64,000 nt of DNA from Eledone cirrhosa (lineage: Eukaryota): contig OZ024741.1 in assembly GCA_964016885.1 (NCBI GenBank), forward strand, positions 41,540,001 to 41,604,000, in the 5' to 3' direction. The translations under genes and the position numbers were made by a program. The stretch's first letter is position 1. Each line of letters opens with the position of its first letter. The notes beneath the pieces are model-generated. The model saw only the letters and a program-made list of their open reading frames with translations, was not told where the DNA came from and searched no databases. Positions 55,630-64,000 of the stretch are shown here, in pieces.

Positions 55630-56568
55630 CATATATATTTATATCATATATATATATATCATATATATATATATATTTATATAATATATATATATCATAT
55701 ATATATATGATTTCTTATTAATTTGTGTTTGAGACACGTTGGCTGAGAGCTTTTGACGGGAACGAAAGATTTGTTTTCTATTCTCCCGCCACCACGTAAA
55801 GTTTGTAAATCGGTGGTTGGTTGAGGGACAGAATTGTATCGGATTCCAGTTGCTAATTACTTTACTGTGTCGGCTGTCACACACAGTCATAGCCGGCATG
55901 GGCTGGGATTTGGATGCTGTCGATCTATTGATTATTGATTAGGCGATACCCGGTGATGAAGCCACATATGCCGATTATGCATTGTTGCATAATATATGCA
56001 GACAGAGGGTGCAGTGCACCCTACTGTTGCATTAAGTGTGGCCGAAAGACAGTAAAGGGCAAAAATGCCTCAGGACAGAAGCCAGTGGCATCCAGTCAAA
56101 GAAAGCTTGCCAAATCATGGTTTGAGAGAACCCCTCAGTCATGTCAAGGACACGATAGCCTCCCACAATAAACACACTCAATACTCACTGTAAAATGGTT
56201 GGTGATAGGAAGTGCATACAGCCATAGACAGGATGCCAAACAAAGAGTTAGAAGGCCCCTTTAGTTGTATTAAATACATAACTACTACTTCTGAGCACTT
56301 GGCAGAATGTGAAATTATACATGAGATGCAGACCTCTGGCCTTTCTGGGAGGTCAATAGCTCAGGTTTGGTTTAAAACATAGGCTCAGCCCTCTCTTAAG
56401 TTGGTAAGAAACCAAGGCCAGGTGTAAAATGTGTCCAGTGCCTGCCCCATCTGCTAATATGTCCAAGATAGATGTGAAATGCTATGTCCTGTCTCAAATT
56501 GCTCATTGAATATTTTAATAATCAGTGCAAGGATAAATAGATATTTATGTATGGATTACAGGTATGTA

Positions 56569-57123
56569 CAAGGGGGTGCTGAAAAGTTCCAGGCTTTAAG
56601 GCTGTTTAAGAGGCCTGGTTGGAGACCCAAACTTCCGTGATCTTTTTACAGGGCTTAGAAAAACTGAAGGACCACTGCAGTAAGTGTGTGAATCTGAGAG
56701 GGGAATATCATCATCATCATTTTACGTCCGCTTTTCCCTGCTTGCAAGGGTGGGACGGGAACTGATTCTGGCTTGATTTTTACAGCTGGATGCCCTTCCT
56801 AACACCAACCTCATTTATAGTCAGTGCTGGGTGCTTTTTATCCGTGGCGCCTACACGTCCACTTTGCAGTGGAACGATATGGACCCCTGTCCCTATCATC
56901 TCATTTCTACAGCTGAGTAAATTTGAGCAATGTGAAATAAAGTGTCTTGTTCAAGGAAACAACATATCACCCAGTCGGAGAATTGAACTCATAACCTTTC
57001 GATTGCAAGCCCAATGCTCTAACCATTAAGCCATATGCCTCCATATGTTGAATATAATCATAATTAACTGATCCTCTTGTATTTTCTTTTACCCAAAGCC
57101 AAGAATTTTCAGCATCCCTCTCG
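56569..57123 (+). mobile_element. Mariner-derived MITE interrupted by a SINE
   Basis: Imperfect TIRs CAAGGGGGTGCTGAAAAGTTC / GAATTTTCAGCATCCCTCTCG and TA TSD. Transposase end KCVNLRGEYVE is split at ATAT. Confidence 0.75.
56707..57042 (-). mobile_element. SINE S2 nested in the mariner MITE
   Basis: Matches 30325-30657. ATAT duplicated at both junctions. Confidence 0.85.
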
Positions 57124-57685
57124 TACATGTAGTGCACATGATGTACTTACATAATGGCTTCTAATTTAGACATAAGACCAGAGATTTGAAGCAAGGAGAA
57201 AGATGATTATATTGAACCCAGTACCTGACAGGTACTATTTTCTATTGTCCCCAGAACAATGACCAAATTTGAACTCAGAATGTAAAGAACCAAAACAAAT
57301 AGCATGAGGTATCTTGTCCAAAATACCAACAACACTTTCCAGATCATTACCTTAAACATATTGAAGAGAACTAGAACTCAATGGGAGTAGCCCCACCCAC
57401 TCAACATCATACTCCCTTTCTTTCTGTTCTGGACTGGTCATCCTAACACTATCAGTTCACTGAGTACATATTACTCTGAATATAGAGAAATCAAGCACAG
57501 AAATAAAATGACTAATAGTTTCAGCAATCGTTGGTTATTTTGCACTTTTTGACATAGATTAACTAATTTACAGTTTATGTGTGTTTTTACAGATTAATCC
57601 TGTTTTTTTTTTCTCTTTTCATGCGCAACACAAACCCAGCTAGCTAAGAGACAAAGAAAAAAAGAAGGAAACAAAAATTATTTCT

Positions 57686-57792
57686 ACATGGAGCAGATAT
57701 AGCTGTATGGTTAAGGAGTTCACTTTACATGGAACAGATATAGCTGTATGGTTAAGGAGTTCACCTCACATGGAGCAGATATAGCTGTATGG
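57686..57792 (+). repeat. About 2.6 tandem copies of a 41-bp SINE-head-like unit
   Basis: ACATGGAGCAGATATAGCTGTATGGTTAAGGAGTTCAC at 57686, 57727 and (partial) 57768. Confidence 0.8.
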
Positions 57793-58411
57793 TAGAAGCC
57801 CGTTATGTTTGTGTGAGTGTGTGTGTTTGTGTTCATGTCTATGTTTGTTTAAGACTTTCCCTGCCCACCACCATTGGCACAGAGTTGGTTACCTGCCGGT
57901 GTGAGCCTCGCAAGCTAGAATCGTTCTTCCAGCATGTCTCTTTCACCATCCTCCGGGAAAACACTTTCTCTATTTTGTCTGCTTGACAGCCAGTCCGTCA
58001 GGACTGCAGGGTGAACAGCACATGGGCCCCAATTTGTTCATAATAGTGAGACATGAGGAGAGCAGGATAGATGGAGGCAGTGACAATGGGAGTTTCGGTC
58101 TTTTGTGTTCAAACCTGGTGTATATGTATATATTTCACTTACACACACTCATGCATTCAATAGCAATGCATAATCACTTAGTAGCTTGATAAATAAAAGA
58201 AACCAATGAAAATGTACCAGATGTGAAAACAAATTAACAAGATCAATATGATTGACTAAAATCTCTTCAAAGCCCCAGCATAGTCACATTTTAATGACTG
58301 AAACCAGTAAAAGATTAGAGGATTAAATACTTCCTCTCACACCAATTATACTATTTGGAATACACAGAAACCCAATTCAATTTCTAGAGAGAGGTAGTTC
58401 TCTTTGATTAA

Positions 58412-58809
58412 CCCTTTAGCATTTACATTACTCTATATATATACTATTGACCTGGAGAGAGTTGGGCTACGCCAGCTTTAAAAGTGCCCTAGACATGCCA
58501 TATGACAGTGCCTCTATGACTCCACAAGGAGTTATCAGATCCTTTTTTCCCTTTATCCTTATATATACTATTGTATTTTCATGGTAAAGGCTTTACCTTA
58601 CATAATATAAAATCTATGAGATTCTGATATTGATAAAATAAAGTACCAGTAATGCACTGGGTAATTGCTGGCCTTGTGCCAAATGTAGAACAATTATTTA
58701 TTTTGAGAACAATGCCTTAACATAAGTATGAGCAGTCAGTTACAGCTGGTTTGAACAGAAAGGGATGGAAAAATTCTGGCTGGATATGGCTGGTTTAAAT
58801 GCTAAAGAG
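58412..58809 (+). mobile_element. piggyBac-like MITE with two nested inserts
   Basis: TTAA|CCCTTTAGCATTTA ... TAAATGCTAAAGAG|TTAA. Insert at about 58450-58559 is flanked by duplicated TATATATACTATTG. SINE S1 piece at about 58630-58697. Confidence 0.8.
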
Positions 58810-59766
58810 TTAAATAATTTCTCTCACACCATTTATGCCATTTGGAATATTCAGAAACTCAATTCAATTTCTAGAGAGAGAGATGGTTCTCTTTGAGAAG
58901 CTAACAACACAAAAACTGCTAAAAGAGGTGTCAGGTTACTGTGGTGCTTTTCGACTGTTGCAGTTGTTAATTGTACAGTCCGTTACATATTAGACATAAA
59001 ATTGACATAAAATGGCAAACTTCATTGCAGGTAATCTTCTTAAGAGATTAAAGAATACTGATGATCCTGACAGGCAAGGCAGTGTTTAGCTGTAAGCCAA
59101 ACAGGTACCACCACTACCACCATCATCATCATCATCACCAGAATCTTCATATTTCAAAATTCCATTCATTGTCAATTGGGAAAGGAACAGCACCAGAGCA
59201 AGCTAAACTAGTTGTAAGGTTTGCATGAAAGTTAGTACAGCAACAACCCTTGCTAATTACTTGGGTGTCATGTCATATTATAGAATGTATATGTGAAGAC
59301 ATGTGGTCAAGTGGTGAAGGTGTGTTGGTGTCATGGTTGTAATGCCATGGATTAGTTCCCTCGATTTGGGTACTACCTTGTGTCCTTGAACAAGTCACTT
59401 CATTTCTTGTTTTCATGTATCTTCAAATCTGTGTGGTAGCCTGTCATATATGATCATCATCATCATAATCATAAGCAGCAACATCATAAGCACTGATTTT
59501 GGATTTGTTTTTATATGCTGGAAGATAGACATTAAACGATGATGATGATGCTAACATGGGTTTGATGAGATCTCTTTCTGTGGCAGACATAATATTTTGT
59601 TTGTAAGTCTGATGCTAACCTATATTCTAAGTGTGGTATACACTGCTAAACCTTTTGTCACATCATGATATCGTTGGATGTATTGTTTATGACAACCAAA
59701 CAACAGTCGCTGCAGGTTTAACAGGGTGTCACACTGGGATTGATACACACTCAGACACACATAAAA

Positions 59767-59845
59767 AGGGTGTTCCCTAAAAATGTATACACACTTTTAT
59801 TAGAATTATGTTGAAGTGCGTATACATTTTTGGGGGGCCACCCTG
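59767..59845. mobile_element. Tiny Tc1-like MITE (about 80 bp)
   Basis: AGGGTGTTCCCTAAAAATGTATACACACTT / AAGTGCGTATACATTTTTGGGGGGCCACCCTG|TA. Confidence 0.65.
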
Positions 59846-59984
59846 TATATATAAATTCTGCAATACAGAGTCTTGTTTTGAAACTTTCACTTCCCAAGAT
59901 GGCTGATTAACTACATCTGCTTTCCTCCTGTCTATTTATTTCTCAATTTCTTTCTTCTCTTATCTCAGCAATCTCTCTATTTCT

Positions 59985-62428
59985 TCTCTCTCCTAAACAT
60001 CTCTCACTCTTCCACCCCTTTCTCCCTCTCCTAAACATCCTCTCTCACTCATGCACCCCTTTCTCTCTCTCCTAAACATCTTCTCTCACTCTTCCACCCC
60101 TTTCTCTCTCTCCTAAACATCCTCTCTCACTCTTCCACCCCTTTCTCCCTCTCCTAAACGTCCTCTCTCACTCTTCCACCCCTTTCTATCTCTCCTAAAG
60201 GTCCTCTCTCACTCTTCCACCCCTTTCTCCCTTCAAAACATCCTCTCTCACTCTTCTACCCCTTTCTCCCTCTCATAAACATCCTCTCTCACTCTCCACC
60301 CATTTCTCTCTCTCCTAAACGTCTCTCTCACTCTTCCACCCCTTTCTCCCTCTCATAAACATCCTCTCTCTCTTCCACCCCTTTCTCCCTCTCCTAAACG
60401 TCCTCTCTCACTCTCCACCCCTTTCTCCCTCTCCTAAACGTCCTCTCTCTCTTCCACCCTTTCTCCCTCTCCTAAACGTCCTCTCTCACTCTTCCACCCC
60501 TTTCTCCTTCTCATAAACGTCCTCTCTCTCTTCCACCCCTTTCTCCCTCTCATAAACATCCTCTCTCACTCTTCCACCCCTTTCTCTCCCTCCTAAACAT
60601 CCTCTCTCACACTCCACCCCTTCTCCCTCTCCTAAACGTCCTCGCTCACTCTTCCACCCCTTTCTCCCTCTCCTAAACGTCCTCTCTCACTCTTCCACCC
60701 CTTTCTCCCTCTCATAAACATCCTCTCTCACACTTCCACCCCTTTCTCCCTCTCCTAAACGTCCTCTCTCACTCTTCCACCCCTTTCTCCCTCTCCTAAA
60801 CGTCCTCTCTCACTCTTCCACCCCTTCTCCCCTCTCATAAACATCCTCTCTCACTCTTCCACCCCTTTCTCCCTCTCCTAAACATCCTCTCTCACTCTTC
60901 CACCCCTTTCTCACTTTCATAAACATCCTCTCTCACTCTTCCACCCCTTTCTCCCTCTCCTAAACATCTTCTCTCACTCTTCCACCCCTTTCTCTCTCTC
61001 CTAAACATCCTCTCTCACTCTTCCACCCCTTTCTCTCTCTCCTAAACATCCTCTCTCACTCTTCCACCCCTTTCTATCTCTCCTAAACATCCTCTCTCAT
61101 TCTTCCACCCCTTTCTCTCTCTCCTAAACATCTTCTCTCACTCTTCCACCCCTTTCTCTCTCTCCTAAACATCCTCTCTCACTCTTCCACCCCTTTCTCT
61201 CTCTCCTAAACGTCCTCTCTCATTCTTCCACCCCTTTCTCCCTCTCCTAAACATCCTCTCTCACTCTTCCTACCCTTTCTCCCTCTCCTAAACATCCTCT
61301 CTCACTCTGCCACCCCTTTCTCTCTCTCCTAAACGTCCTCTCTCACTTTTCCACCCCTTTCTCTCACTCCTAAACATCCTCTCTCACTCTTCCACCCTTT
61401 CTCTCACTCCTAAACATCCTCTCTCACTCTTCCACCCCTTTCTCCCTCTCCTAAACATCTTCTCTCACTCTTCCACCCTTTCTCTTTCTCCTAAACATCC
61501 TCTCTAACTCTTCCACCCCTTTCTCCCTCTCCTAAACATCCTCTCTCACTCTTCCACCCATTTCTCTCTCTCCTAAACATCCTCTCTCACTCTTCCACCC
61601 CTTTCTCTCTCTCCTAAACATCCTCTCTCACTCTTCCACCCCTTTCTCCCTCTCATAAACATCCTCTCTCACTCTTCCACCTCTTTCTCCCTCTCCTAAA
61701 GGTCCTCTCTCACTCTTCCACCCCTTTCTCTCCCTCCTAAACATCCTCTCTCACACTTCCACCCCTTTCTCCCTCTCCTAAATGTCCTGTCTCACTCTTC
61801 CACCCTTTCTCCCTCTCATAAACATCCTCTCTCACACTTCCACCCCTTTCTCCCTCTCCTAAATGTCCTCTCTCACTCTCCCACCCCGTTCTCCCTCTCC
61901 TAAACATCCTCTCTCAATCTTCCACCCCTTTCTATCTCTCCTAAAAATCCTCTCTCACTCTTCCACCCCTTTCTATCTCTCCTAAACGTCCTCTATCACT
62001 CTTCCACCCCTTTCTCTCTCTCCTAAACATCCTCTCTCACTCTTCCACCCCTTTCTCTCTCTCCTAAACATCTCTCACTCTTCCACCCCTTTCTTCTCTC
62101 TCATAAACATTCTCTCTCACTCTTCCACCCCTTTCTCCCTCTCATAAACGTCCTCTCTCTCTTCCACCCCTTTCTACCTCTCATAAACATCCTCTCTCAC
62201 TCTTCCACCCCTTTCTCCCTCTCATAAACATCCTCTCTCACTCTTCCACCCCTTTCTCCCTCTCCTAAACATCCTCTCCCACTCTTCCACCCTTTCTCTC
62301 CCTCCTAAACGTCCTCTCTCACTCTTCCACCCCTTTCTCTCCCTCCTAAACGTCCTCTCTCACTCTTCCACCCATTTCTCCCTCTCATAAACATCCTCTC
62401 TCACTCTTCCACCTCTTTCTCTCTCTCA
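59985..62428 (+). repeat. 41-bp minisatellite, array 3 (about 60 units)
   Basis: Same unit and same right flank as arrays 1 and 2; different left flank. Confidence 0.95.
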
Positions 62429-62489
62429 TGCTATTTCCTGATGAAGGACTAACATCTAAAACAATACAACTCTTTTCCTAATATTTCAA

Positions 62490-62562
<73 letters not shown>

Positions 62563-63047
62563 ATATATATAATATATATATATATATATTATATATATAT
62601 ATATTATATATATATATATCATATATATATATATTATATATATATAAATATATTATATATATATTATATATATATATATCATATATATATATATTATATA
62701 TATATAAATATTAAATATATATATATTAAATATATATATATTAAATATATATATTATATATATATAAATATTAAATATATATATATTAAATATCTATATA
62801 TTATATATATATATATTATATATATATATATTATATATATATATTATATATATATATATATATTATATATATATATTATATATATATATATATTATATAT
62901 ATATAAATATTAAATATATATATATTATATATATATATATTATATATATATATATTATATATATATATATATTATATATATATTATATATATATATATTA
63001 TATATATATAAATATTAAATAAATATATATTATATATATATATGTAT

Positions 63048-63080
<33 letters not shown>

Positions 63081-63112
63081 ATATATATATATAATATATA
63101 TAATATATATAT

Positions 63113-63166
<54 letters not shown>

Positions 63167-63211
63167 TATATATAATATATATAAATATTATATATATATA
63201 TATTATATATA

Positions 63212-63363
<152 letters not shown>

Positions 63364-63364
63364 T

Positions 63365-63500
<136 letters not shown>

Positions 63501-63678
63501 TTAAATATATATATATTAAATATATATATATTATATATATATATATTATATATATATATATTATATATATATATATATTATATATATATTATATATATAT
63601 AAATATTAAATAAATATATATTATATATATATATGTATTATATATATATATATTATATATATATAAATATTAAATATA

Positions 63679-63763
<85 letters not shown>

Positions 63764-63829
63764 ATATATTATATATATGAGAGACGTAAAATAAGAAAAT
63801 TATAAAATTAACTTACTTACTAAAAAATC

Positions 63830-63912
63830 ACTTCCAACTAATTTATTTCTGGAATGGAGTAAATATATTTTCTGAAGAAACACATGGAAAATCATTCCGT
63901 CATCAGGAAAGT
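63830..63912 (-). ncRNA. Type-I hammerhead-like motif with a long loop II
   Basis: ACTTTC-CTGATGA-cGGAATG..CATTCCa-GAAA-TAAATTA-GTT-GGAAGT. Confidence 0.55.
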
Positions 63913-64000
63913 CTTTTTCCGTATAGGTCTCCAGGCATAGCGAGGACACTGGAATGTTCTGCAACCCCATGCATTGAACCACATTGTTATTAAGACAAAA

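Overview
AT-rich, gene-free eukaryotic intergenic or intronic DNA. The repeat landscape resembles a coleoid cephalopod such as Octopus; this is inference. No host exon could be supported. The window holds young RTE-clade LINEs (one near-intact 5'-truncated APE-RT-PHD ORF plus truncated copies, mostly on the minus strand and sitting in (TA)n), CR1 and R4-like LINE fragments, two tRNA-derived SINE families, mariner, maT, hAT and piggyBac-like elements, a Helitron, a small non-autonomous Gypsy-like LTR element with a tRNA-Trp PBS, a 41-bp pyrimidine-rich minisatellite and very long (TA)n tracts. The most notable signal is a set of minimal type-I hammerhead ribozyme (HHR) motifs from several families, read by eye, some with non-canonical cores (U3:A8 covariant; A4). 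They lie in Penelope-like or retrozyme-like units arranged as tandem, circularly permuted and fold-back structures inside (TA)n. The best example is a 591-bp unit at 10913-12477 present as an inverted segment plus tandem copies. All folds and homologies were assigned manually and no ribozyme activity is demonstrated.
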